A stretch of DNA of 64,000 nucleotides from an uncultured Methanosarcinales archaeon (GTDB lineage Archaea; Halobacteriota; Methanosarcinia; Methanotrichales; Methanotrichaceae): contig CAWJKV010000006.1 in assembly GCA_963843555.1 (NCBI GenBank), positions 1 to 64,000 of the forward strand. The letters are read 5' to 3'. The notes under the pieces were generated by a model, which saw only the letters and a list, made by a program, of their open reading frames with translations, was not told the DNA's origin and did not search any database. The position numbers and the translations under genes were made by a program. Numbering within the stretch: the first letter of the stretch is position 1; every line of letters starts with the position of its first letter. This document shows positions 1 through 10,540 of the stretch, one piece after another.

Positions 1-2163
<2,163 letters not shown>

Positions 2164-2204
2164 AAACTCGGGCGAAATCTGGTCGCAAAGCTAAAGCATG
2201 ATAA

Positions 2205-2267
2205 CCAAGTATCCCTGGACTTACGAGTCTGGGGAGGCATAAAACCGGTTCGATTCCGGAACTTGGA
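2205..2267 (+). other. tRNA-like element in the 23S-5S spacer (candidate 5S 5'-end processing signal)
   Basis: CCAAGT (2205-2210) pairs with ACTTGG (2261-2266). Internal hairpin TCCCTGGAC/GTCTGGGGA and T-arm CCGG-TTCGATT-CCGG lie just before the 5S start. Confidence 0.6.
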
Positions 2268-2270
2268 ATC

Positions 2271-2398
2271 GAGCATGGCGGCCAGAGCGGCAGGGAAACT
2301 CCTGAACCCTTTCCGAACTCAGAAGATAAGCCTGCCCACGTTCTGCACTGTACTCAGATGCGCGAGCTCTCGGGAACTGTAGATCGCTGCCATGCTCA
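2271..2398 (+). rRNA. rrf: 5S rRNA
   Basis: Terminal helix GAGCATGGC/GCCATGCTC, conserved CCGAAC loop, ~125 nt long, ~110 nt downstream of 23S. Confidence 0.95.
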
Positions 2399-2765
2399 CC
2401 TAATTTATTTTGGCAAGGAGTTTATTTTATCAATCATTGGAACCCGTAAATTACTGGATTTATTATATTCCACTTAGCCATGCTGCACGGTCGATCGGGA
2501 CTACTATGCGCCCGAAAAGGCCAAGCTGCAGATCGCTGCCATGCTCACCTAACCTTTATTTTGTATCTTTACCTGGAGCTAGGGCTCCCTAATTACTATT
2601 ATCTTAATCTGACTTAGCCATGCTGCACGGATGACGGTTTCCGTTTAACGATGCTGCATGGTCAATGGGGCTACTATGCGCCCGAAAAGGCCACAAGCCG
2701 GAGAGCTGCCGGGCTCGCCTAACAACATTTATATTACTTCAGCTGGATTCGGGCTCCTTAATTGC
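2381..2765 (+). repeat. Degenerate tandem repeat (about 2.4 units of 150-170 bp), each unit starting with the 5S rRNA 3' end
   Basis: AGATCGCTGCCATGCTCACCTAA is exact at 2381-2403 and 2530-2552, degenerate at ~2701-2722. ACTTAGCCATGCTGCACGG occurs at 2472 and 2612. CTACTATGCGCCCGAAAAGGCCA occurs at 2501 and 2671. Confidence 0.9.
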
Positions 2766-2851
2766 CGCGTCCAATTCGTTTATGATCTCATAATAGTGGC
2801 AAATGGCCTCTACATTCTCCATGTTACCGATTTTCTTGAATATCATCTTTT

Positions 2852-3613
2852 CTATCCCTTCTTTATCTCAGCCAGATCATTTATAATTTCTACGTACTGC
2901 CGGACCAGGGATTTACTCATCTCCAGCTCAGAAGCTATATTCTCCGCTGGAATCCCATCGCCATGAAGCTTTAGAACCTTTTTGTATCCCTTGATGTACC
3001 GATCGCATGCTTCTTCGCTATGGGAGGTCCTCCGCGCGATCTCAGGAGTTGGGACGTTCCTAACAAACTGCTGAATGATTATCTTCTTGTGAGTCAGTGT
3101 CGGACCGATATCATGAATAGTCCCACGGTACGGCAGGATAACGCCTCGCTCCAGTTGGAATTCTCTGATGTCCTTGCCGATAGTGCCTGCACTCACTCCA
3201 ATCAAGAGACTCACATCTGCTTGGTTCAGGACTCCATCCTGCTCATATGCTTCACGGAGTATCCTAGCCACCTTGCACTTTCGGATCTCTTTAGCAGAGT
3301 AACCATCAAGCCTCAGCTTCAGGTCATCCTGACTAGCGATGGACAAAATTACGGGAACCATCTTGGTGTTCTCGATGGTCTTATTCCGGCCGGGATATTC
3401 GTCTTTATGTGCCGCCCACCATACAACCTGACCGGCATCAAGCTTCCATCCGTCTTTTAGATGCCTGTTGAACTCTTCAAGCAGGTCTCTGATGAACATA
3501 TCCTGGATTTTGTCACCTCCAAGAAACTTGTATTCCTGGTTAAGCATCTGCTTCACGGAGTTGGCGAACCCTTTGTACTTTCGGAGCATTCGCTCTGCAT
3601 TTGAATCTTTCAT
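2852..3613 (-). CDS. DUF1670 family protein (HTH-rich), copy B
   Basis: Motifs EAYEQDGVLNQAD, RGTIHDIGPTLTHK, TSHSEEACDRY. Start placed at the ATG overlapping the upstream stop (ATGA), preceded by GGAGTGA; the ORF track starts at TTG 3643. Confidence 0.85.
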   Translation of the reverse strand: MKDSNAERMLRKYKGFANSVKQMLNQEYKFLGGDKIQDMFIRDLLEEFNRHLKDGWKLDAGQVVWWAAHKDEYPGRNKTIENTKMVPVILSIASQDDLKLRLDGYSAKEIRKCKVARILREAYEQDGVLNQADVSLLIGVSAGTIGKDIREFQLERGVILPYRGTIHDIGPTLTHKKIIIQQFVRNVPTPEIARRTSHSEEACDRYIKGYKKVLKLHGDGIPAENIASELEMSKSLVRQYVEIINDLAEIKKG

Positions 3614-4446
3614 GAGTTCATCACTCCGTTGCTTTCTTGCCAAGGTATTGAGCTTTTTTTCAAGGGCAATGGCTCAGCAAGAATCTGCTGAAGCCTGATT
3701 TGGGATTCTGGATGATCTTTGCACGTCTCGTAAAGATCCAGATATTCCTTAACGAGCCTCTCGGACATGTCAGTCAGTTCGCGTATTTCAGGCAAGGAAT
3801 ATCCACGACAGTGGAATCGAACTGATTTAGCGAAGCCCACAAGATACCTTTGAACAGAGAAGCCGGAATGGCCTGTCTTGCGCTCGATGTCTGTGTATTC
3901 GTAACCTTCGAGCCACATCTTCACTACTTTCGATTTGTGTGTTACTCCTGGACCAATATCTTGAAGTGTTCCGCGGGTAGGAACATCGATATCCTGTTGT
4001 TTCAACTCCTTGACATCACGTCGGATCGTTCTTCTGGAGCTGCAGAGAAGGACCGCCAGATCCTCTTGTGTCAGAAGACCGCCTTGATCCAAGGCCTCGC
4101 TTGACATGCGAAGAATTTTATGCTTTCGCAAACCGGAAGTGCCTTTCTCGGTTAGGATGTTCATATCATTTCTATCATGAAACGTTAGATGGACCGGGAC
4201 TGATTTAATCTCCGAGAGCCTTTTTCCAGGAGGCTCTGACGCAGAGGCAGCATAGAAGGTTATCTGACCTTCATGAAGCTTCTCACCAAAGGTTTCATTG
4301 AGAAAATCCCACATCAGATTTACCAGGGATCGGCAGGTAGCTTTCGGGAAGCTATAATCTGCTTCAAGTGTTTGGAACAACCTTTGCTGAGCACTCCTCA
4401 CCCAGGGGCCTTTGTAAACCAAATCAGTCTCATCTACTTGTACCAT
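3610..4446 (-). CDS. DUF1670 family protein, copy A
   Basis: Motifs EALDQGGLLTQEDLA, RGTLQDIGPGVTHK, TGHSGFSVQRY; paralogous to copy B. ATG 4446 is preceded by GGTGGGA. Confidence 0.85.
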   Translation of the reverse strand: MVQVDETDLVYKGPWVRSAQQRLFQTLEADYSFPKATCRSLVNLMWDFLNETFGEKLHEGQITFYAASASEPPGKRLSEIKSVPVHLTFHDRNDMNILTEKGTSGLRKHKILRMSSEALDQGGLLTQEDLAVLLCSSRRTIRRDVKELKQQDIDVPTRGTLQDIGPGVTHKSKVVKMWLEGYEYTDIERKTGHSGFSVQRYLVGFAKSVRFHCRGYSLPEIRELTDMSERLVKEYLDLYETCKDHPESQIRLQQILAEPLPLKKSSIPWQESNGVMNS

Positions 4447-4672
4447 CTGTCCCACCAATGCTTGAATTTGCACGCGAAGATACTTTAATGTAGGGGACAC
4501 TTGGACGGATAGTAATTCGTCCCGTTTTATGGCAATTAAAAGTTGGCCTGTCTCCTGATTCTACCGCTCCACCTGGGATAAATTGAAAAACAATTCCTCA
4601 GTCCTCTTTTCGACCTTGCATGAGGTTTATAAAGTATGAAAACCAAATTCAGGCGATAGAGTGGTGATGGGA

Positions 4673-5716
4673 ATGAAATGCAACAGAATTTTGCTATATA
4701 TGATAACTCTCGCAGCATGCCTGCTGATTGGGATTTCGTCTGGTCAGGACTATTTGAATTATGGAAATGTCAGTTACGGCCGTACAGATGATCCCGGCCT
4801 CGCTGGCATGTTGCAGTGGCTCGATCAACCAGTCTACAACTACCCCTGGTACACTACAGGCGGTTCCTTCTACAGCCAACCATATAGCGACACGACATTC
4901 TCGCCTTACAGGGAATACTATACAACCGCAGGTACGACTGTAACCGGTGGGATAGTGAGCAATCCTACCAAGTTTGATATTACACAGAAAACCCCTTCCA
5001 GTGTGTACTACGGTGCCGGCGTTGGCCTGCCATACTCCCAGTATGCATCCCTATTATCATCCAAGACCAATGACCTCTGGATTCAGGGCACAACAAACTG
5101 GACACAATACGCAGTAGTCCCGGTGGGCACCTGGTTGCAGCTGATAGCCTACACGCCGGTTGGAGGGGCAGCGGGCTTCTATGAGGTAGACCAGACCGAC
5201 ACAACCATCTCGAAGTACATGACCTATCAGTTCAACCCTGGCTATAACACCATGAACTACCAGGCCGCTCAGGTGGGAAGGCATATGCTCTACTTTGTAG
5301 TGAACAACCAGCCCAGCAATGTGGTCGTCGTGGATACATTCGCCCAGGCTGCGACAAGTTCAGGAGTGAGCACTTATCGAGCAGGGACCCAGAAGCCGGT
5401 TAATGTTTTAGGCAGTGGAACGAATTCGGGGAGCTTCGTCACGGGCAGAAGATCATACCTGACCCCAACCGGCTATACCCCGGCTGGCTATAACCCAACC
5501 GGCTATACCACTACAACCACTCCCGATGGCCAGATCGTTACCACATCCGACGGCAAGACCACTATCACGCCCATCGGTAAGACCACCACAGTCTCCGATG
5601 GAACTTACACAACAACAATAGGCCCTGATGGCACTCAGACGACGAGAACTCCCGGCGGAACCACTGTCACATCCGGAGACGGCCAGGTGACAACGACGAG
5701 TTCCAATTGGAGCTGA
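4673..5716 (+). CDS. Secreted/surface protein with a Tyr-rich N-domain and Thr/Gly-rich repeat tail
   Basis: Signal peptide MKCNRILLYMITLAACLLIGISSG; TATA-like TTTATAAA at 4626-4633; C-terminal PTGY and TTTxxDG repeats. Confidence 0.8.
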   Translation: MKCNRILLYMITLAACLLIGISSGQDYLNYGNVSYGRTDDPGLAGMLQWLDQPVYNYPWYTTGGSFYSQPYSDTTFSPYREYYTTAGTTVTGGIVSNPTKFDITQKTPSSVYYGAGVGLPYSQYASLLSSKTNDLWIQGTTNWTQYAVVPVGTWLQLIAYTPVGGAAGFYEVDQTDTTISKYMTYQFNPGYNTMNYQAAQVGRHMLYFVVNNQPSNVVVVDTFAQAATSSGVSTYRAGTQKPVNVLGSGTNSGSFVTGRRSYLTPTGYTPAGYNPTGYTTTTTPDGQIVTTSDGKTTITPIGKTTTVSDGTYTTTIGPDGTQTTRTPGGTTVTSGDGQVTTTSSNWS

Positions 5717-6000
5717 AAGTCAACGCATTCATTGTGTCAATAATACCAAAGATTCCGGATTTGAGCGGGTTGAAAGAGATCGATCCGCTCCAAGAATTTT
5801 AAGAAATTTTGGAATGCCGCCGCGTTTCGACCGGGCCTGCTGTGCGCCCAAAAAAGGAGCAGAGCGAGAGTATCTGTCTTCCCGCGAGCTTCCCATATCT
5901 CTGCAAACCGGAAGTGCAAACATGGTCAATGCATCAACCATTCGCCACCATTATCCGAGCCTCCCCGGCGTTGAGGGGGCCTGTTGGCCGCGGCCCAGAG

Positions 6001-6053
6001 GGCCGACTCGCGGAATCCCGGAAGAATGTGCGAATGTTGTTTCTGCAAGCATC
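6001..6053 (-). repeat. Dispersed intergenic repeat, copy 1
   Basis: The reverse complement matches 62935-62987 at 47 of 53 nt (manual alignment). Confidence 0.8.
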
Positions 6054-6213
6054 GGATTCTAATTCGTTCCTAAAATTATCCCACTTCTTCCGGATTCCTC
6101 GCGGACCTGACGGAAGGCTGGCAATTGGCGGTTCAGTTATGATACTTGTGGGTAACAGAAAGACGATGCGTTCGGGGGGAGCTAATCACCCCGACCCGCT
6201 TAGCTATTCTGCG

Positions 6214-7629
6214 TTAGCTCTGCATGCCCATAAAGTGCTTTTCAACGATGTACTTTGAATGCTCTACAATGGGTTCAACCAACTCAAAGTCCGTGGCTCC
6301 ACCGACATAGAAGGTTCTCTCATTGCCTTGCATGTCTGCAAAGTCGGAATAAATACCTGCAATAATTTGCTCAGGAGTAAAATGCTGAAAATAAGTAAAT
6401 TTATCAAAGGTGTGCCAGCGACCTTGACTTTCGTTAATTTCACCTCCGAGCAGTTCTGTCAATTTTCTGACTTCTTCAATTACTTCTTCATCCGTTTGAT
6501 CCTTCGTAGGGCGGGTGTAGAATTGTGTAAACATACTGCCACTATCTTGAAACTGTCTCGCAACTGCCCATGGTATTCCCTTTTCTGGAATCGGCAGGAT
6601 TGGAGCAATTGGCTGTGGCATATTCATATTGTCTATCCAAAAAGTCGTCATACAGTATGGATTGATATGAATTTCCCGACTTATCTTCTGCTCCGCATTA
6701 TTGGGCTCCAATCCAAGTCTTTTGAAAACATCCTGTGTTAACGGGCAAGCAAGAACCAAATAATCATAGTATTGCGTGTCTTTGACAATTTTAATTTCAT
6801 TTAGATCTTGTTCAGGATACTCAAATTCAATTTTGATGAATTCTCTCGATCTTTCAATCTTGGTGATGTTCACATTAAGCCGAACATTTGTTCTCCAGGC
6901 AACGCGTTCCCATAGTCGCTGAAAACCAAATGTAAAACGCTTTGGCCAACTGCCTAAGATCCATTTGACCATTGGAATTCCGCCGAAAACCATTGGAAAG
7001 AACGTCCTTAGTGACATATAACGTAATGCGTAAGGTGTGGCGATATCCTCAAGTTTTCCATATCCCATAATCGTTATTGGGAATTGAAACAGGGTCGACA
7101 AAGGCGTCAACTCATTTTGCTCCAACCAGGCTTTAAAAGAGACGCAAAGTGTTTGGTGGTTGTGGATTCTTGCCAAATAATCAGGAATATCAATGATGCG
7201 TCTCAACTTCCAGCGAATGACAGAATATCGAATTGCCGCAATGATGAAAGAAAAGAGCGAGACTTTTTCTTTGGTGTAAGGGTCAAAAAGGATCGCCTCA
7301 GAAAAAGGTCGATATTTAAACTTGGTTTCATCGTCGTTGAGCTCAATTGAAGTATAAGGTTTCTCAGGATAAGTACTTGCGCCTAAGCTTTCTGCAATCT
7401 TAAGCGTTTCTTGATATGCCCATGTAACATAGTTAGCGCCTAAATCATAACTCATTCCATCTACAGTCAGACTTTTACAAAGTCCACCGACCCGGCCGAG
7501 CTTTTCAAGAACGGTGACGTTGTGAAATCCATTGTTTGAGAGAAACCATGCCGTGGAGAGCCCGGCGGGGCCTGCTCCTACAATGACAATCTTAGCGTTT
7601 TTATCGATTTTCTCATTCTCATTTTTCAT
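6214..7629 (-). CDS. FAD-dependent oxidoreductase, amine-oxidase fold, similar to polyunsaturated fatty acid isomerase (PAI)
   Basis: GAGPAG Rossmann motif, LEKLGRVGGLC, YDLGA, C-terminal YFQHF...MQGNERTFYVGG; visibly AT-richer than the host genes; strong RBS AGGAGGAG. Confidence 0.85.
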   Translation of the reverse strand: MKNENEKIDKNAKIVIVGAGPAGLSTAWFLSNNGFHNVTVLEKLGRVGGLCKSLTVDGMSYDLGANYVTWAYQETLKIAESLGASTYPEKPYTSIELNDDETKFKYRPFSEAILFDPYTKEKVSLFSFIIAAIRYSVIRWKLRRIIDIPDYLARIHNHQTLCVSFKAWLEQNELTPLSTLFQFPITIMGYGKLEDIATPYALRYMSLRTFFPMVFGGIPMVKWILGSWPKRFTFGFQRLWERVAWRTNVRLNVNITKIERSREFIKIEFEYPEQDLNEIKIVKDTQYYDYLVLACPLTQDVFKRLGLEPNNAEQKISREIHINPYCMTTFWIDNMNMPQPIAPILPIPEKGIPWAVARQFQDSGSMFTQFYTRPTKDQTDEEVIEEVRKLTELLGGEINESQGRWHTFDKFTYFQHFTPEQIIAGIYSDFADMQGNERTFYVGGATDFELVEPIVEHSKYIVEKHFMGMQS

Positions 7630-7645
7630 AATTGCTCCTCCTATA

Positions 7646-7707
7646 GGCTAACGACCAGGCTCAGCGGCTGTCGTCGTGTGGCTGTTCGCTAGAATACTTT
7701 GTTCTGG
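7646..7707 (-). other. Degenerate integron attC-like site
   Basis: Minus strand reads CCAGAAC-5nt-ATTCTAGC...GCTGAGC-6nt-GTTAGCC, the canonical R''/L''/L'/R' spacing, followed directly by an RBS and ATG. Confidence 0.55.
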
Positions 7708-8132
7708 GCCGAATGAATCCATACCTGTAAGCCAATACTTCGCATCGATGCATAAATCCACCAGGGCCTGTTTAGGCTTGCCTTTCATGATTGGACGGCG
7801 GAAATAGAAGCATCGATAACACAGGGATCATGTCATTGCCTGTTTTCCGACACAATTCCTCGTACATATCAAAGGGATTTCGTCCAATCAGATCCCTGGA
7901 TAAGAACGGCTGATAAAGGCATAAATCCTTCGCTAAAGAAGGACCTGATGTTGGGTATTTGCCTTATCTTGTGTATCGTTACGATTCATAAGGGTTTGAC
8001 CCGCGAATCAGGACTGCATCAAATGATTGTTGCATTATTTTATTTCCGTGGATAACAAAAGTGCATATCGGCGGCTAATTGCCTCCGATGGGTGCCTTGG
8101 ATTGCGCAAATCTGTTGGATCTCTTATCAGTT

Positions 8133-8564
8133 CTATCGCCACGTGTGTTGACAAAAAAGACATTGAGGCTTGTGAACGCATAGGAGCTCGCTGCATTTTG
8201 GGCATCTCCACCTTTCTTTTTCGGCTCTTATGAAATGCCTTATGCCGAAATCTCTTATGCTTTCTAGATTTCCGATCATGCTCATGGCATATCTGGTTCT
8301 ATAACGCTTATCCAAATGCTTCAGCCTGGCGCATGGGAAGCTGTCACAGCCAAAGCAGTACTTCGCATCGGCGTTCGTCATCTTCTCGCAATTCTTGATT
8401 TGGCATGCGACACAGTATTTTGGTTTGAGGCTGTCATCACCCCTGCAACCGGGGCAAGGATTCCTATCTCTCGTGAATGCACTGCAGAGACGGCAGTTCA
8501 TTCCGCAGGGAGCTATTAGCTTCGTCGAAATCGTGATTTGCTTTGCCAATCTTTTTGGTGCCAT
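8133..8564 (-). CDS. DUF3795-like Cys-rich protein
   Basis: APCGMNCRLC, CPGC, CQIKNC, CFGCDSFPC and a C-terminal CPKC...CLFC ribbon. Confidence 0.85.
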   Translation of the reverse strand: MAPKRLAKQITISTKLIAPCGMNCRLCSAFTRDRNPCPGCRGDDSLKPKYCVACQIKNCEKMTNADAKYCFGCDSFPCARLKHLDKRYRTRYAMSMIGNLESIRDFGIRHFIRAEKERWRCPKCSELLCVHKPQCLFCQHTWR

Positions 8565-8903
8565 GTCAAGGTCCCAAGGGGCTATGCGAGTGCCTCACAG
8601 CTTATGTCCAACAGATCTCATTCGCAGGAGCTGCACGGCTCATCTCCCCTTTCCCGGGCACAAATGGGGCCCACATGGGAATCTGGCAGTCCGCGATATG
8701 CTTTCCGGTCCGGGGCTGCGCTCTCAGCCACCATGCCGTTTCCCGGGGCATGCGCCGCAGAGGATGCCGCAGCGTCCAACCTGATTCTCGATTCTGTTCA
8801 AGGCTTCATCCATAATGGCATTAAGTTTGCTCCAAAATATTTATTAGTTATCGATGCAGCATCCGCCAGATTCAATCCCGGACGAGCTATCAAGCGTCGC
8901 CCA

Positions 8904-9671
8904 TCAAGCATCGTCCGCATCCAACGGCTCGCCAGTCTTGCATGCCACGACCATGATTTCCATCTCGTCCAGGTCGAGGGTCCTTCTCCCCCAGTTCCCT
9001 GCGGTTCCACCCCATATGTTGAGAATAGACATGCCCGCCAGGCGGAAGAGCAGGGCAAGCTCCGTTGGCACGAATGCTTTCTCTCTAACTGGAACGGCAG
9101 GCATGTTTTCTCGGGGCGGGCATTCTGATGACTCAACCAGAGTCAGGGGGTCAAAGCGTCCCTCATCAACGTCTTTATTCGTGCTCCTGCGAATCATTGC
9201 CATTGCATTGAGAACAGTGAGCACGGCCTTTGCCCCTGGTTTCAGGCTCCGGGAGATATTGCAGAGGATGGAAAGCGGCTGACCAATAGGATCATCACCC
9301 AGGCCAAGTAGCCCGAAAGCTCCCTCGCATAGGCAAATTACGCTATCGTACCTCCCGGGCAGTGAAAACTTGGTGGCATCCGAACGAATCCATTCAACAG
9401 TCACACCAGCGGACCGGGCAGCATCTGCGGCCCTGGCAATCATTTCCGTGGACAGGTCCAGCCCTGTGACATTAAAGCCGCGCCTGGCTAACTCAATAGA
9501 GTGACGTCCTGTCCCGCATCCGACGTCAAGAATCGAACTGCCCGGTTGCAGCGACAGTTCCTCAAGCAGGAAATCCACCTCATGAATCGTATTCTTCGTG
9601 AATATGTTATCTTCGTAGACCGGCGCATGCGCATCAAAGAACGCTTCCCATATGCTTTTCCCCGTCATCAA
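8904..9671 (-). CDS. Class I SAM-dependent methyltransferase
   Basis: Motif I ILDVGCGTGRH, followed by VTGLDLS. Confidence 0.9.
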   Translation of the reverse strand: MMTGKSIWEAFFDAHAPVYEDNIFTKNTIHEVDFLLEELSLQPGSSILDVGCGTGRHSIELARRGFNVTGLDLSTEMIARAADAARSAGVTVEWIRSDATKFSLPGRYDSVICLCEGAFGLLGLGDDPIGQPLSILCNISRSLKPGAKAVLTVLNAMAMIRRSTNKDVDEGRFDPLTLVESSECPPRENMPAVPVREKAFVPTELALLFRLAGMSILNIWGGTAGNWGRRTLDLDEMEIMVVACKTGEPLDADDA

Positions 9672-10087
9672 ACCTTCCTTTTTCCGGCGAAGATAAGAGC
9701 TTTGCCCTGAAACCAGGGCCTCAAGGAACTATAACGGTCACGGCTTTCTGCATCAGAACTGGGCTCAATCCGAACTGGCTCTAACTGTCAGTTTCAACAA
9801 TTTTCAGACAGGATTTGGAGTTAATATCATGCGAAAAAAATAATGAAAATTAGAGTGCGGCTCGAGCTGCAGCGCCCCTCTCGATGCGATATCGACAGTT
9901 TGTGCGAGCCGGTTTGGCCTGCAGATATCCGGATCAATCTATGCCCGGCAAGAGCGCTGCAAATGACTCGGCACTCAAGTTTGTCTTTGCCGAAACGAAA
10001 GCAGAGATCTCCTTGAAAGCGAAGCGATGCACTGGTACATCCTCAATGAAGTCGCCTCCATCGACAGTCCAGATTGTTCGAAAATGT

Positions 10088-10489
10088 TCAAAATAGAGAG
10101 CTCTCAGGCTCCCTAATAAGCGCAACAGGCCTGCCGGAAAGCTGGGCCGTCAACCATGGATCTATACCCAGATAATTCGGTGCCTGCAAATTGTTTGATC
10201 CGGTATTATTTAGGATGATTGGATCGCTATCCGACAAGGTGCTGGGATAGTACCATTGAGGCTCATATCCTGGAGGGTATAATGTACCATTATGGAGCTT
10301 GAAACCTTTTGGTGAACTTCCCCAGTTCCAGAGACTGTTCTGATCTTCAAATGTACTTAATGGCTGCGTCCCGTACTCCGCCAGCCATGACATTCCAAAG
10401 CTCTCACCTACATTCTGAAATCCGCAGGATGGTTGTATGCATATCATGCTCAGGAATATGCATATGGATGCTACCAGCGAAGTTTTCAT
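10088..10489 (-). CDS. Small secreted protein (WxWG/DWG..P family)
   Basis: Signal peptide; NVGESFGMSWL and LWNWGSSPKG motifs. Confidence 0.75.
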   Translation of the reverse strand: MKTSLVASICIFLSMICIQPSCGFQNVGESFGMSWLAEYGTQPLSTFEDQNSLWNWGSSPKGFKLHNGTLYPPGYEPQWYYPSTLSDSDPIILNNTGSNNLQAPNYLGIDPWLTAQLSGRPVALIREPESSLF

Positions 10490-10540
10490 CTAATCTACCT
10501 TCATCTTGTCTGCTTTCATCTCACTCGAATTTTCTCTGGC

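Larger units (their letters stand above)
2758..4539. mobile_element. Candidate compact mobile element encoding two DUF1670 proteins
   Basis: The two-gene unit begins where the third post-5S repeat unit breaks off. Short inverted repeats: TTAATTGCC (2758-2766)/GGCAATTAA (4531-4539) and CGTCCAA (2768-2774)/TTGGACG (4501-4507). Direct repeat AATTCGT at 2773 and 4514. All are short and individually weak. Confidence 0.35.

Noticed and set aside
2245..2259. GGTTCGATTCC as part of a true tRNA gene
   Set aside because: No D-arm or anticodon arm with correct spacing; kept only as a tRNA-like element.
2472..2723. Post-5S repeats as a CRISPR array
   Set aside because: Only two to three units, a 150-170 bp period, related inter-repeat sequence and no cas genes.
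3654..3660. A7 run as a programmed -1 frameshift fusing the DUF1670 genes
   Set aside because: The downstream frame is -1 and open, but the A_AAA_AAG heptamer is not in the upstream reading frame. The RBS plus ATGA overlap explains expression more simply.
6170..6205. Possible group IIC-attC intron 3' end (GGGGGG...CCCCGACCCGCT then TAGCT)
   Set aside because: Resembles domain VI in the expected orientation, but no recognisable domain V or reverse transcriptase remnant is present.
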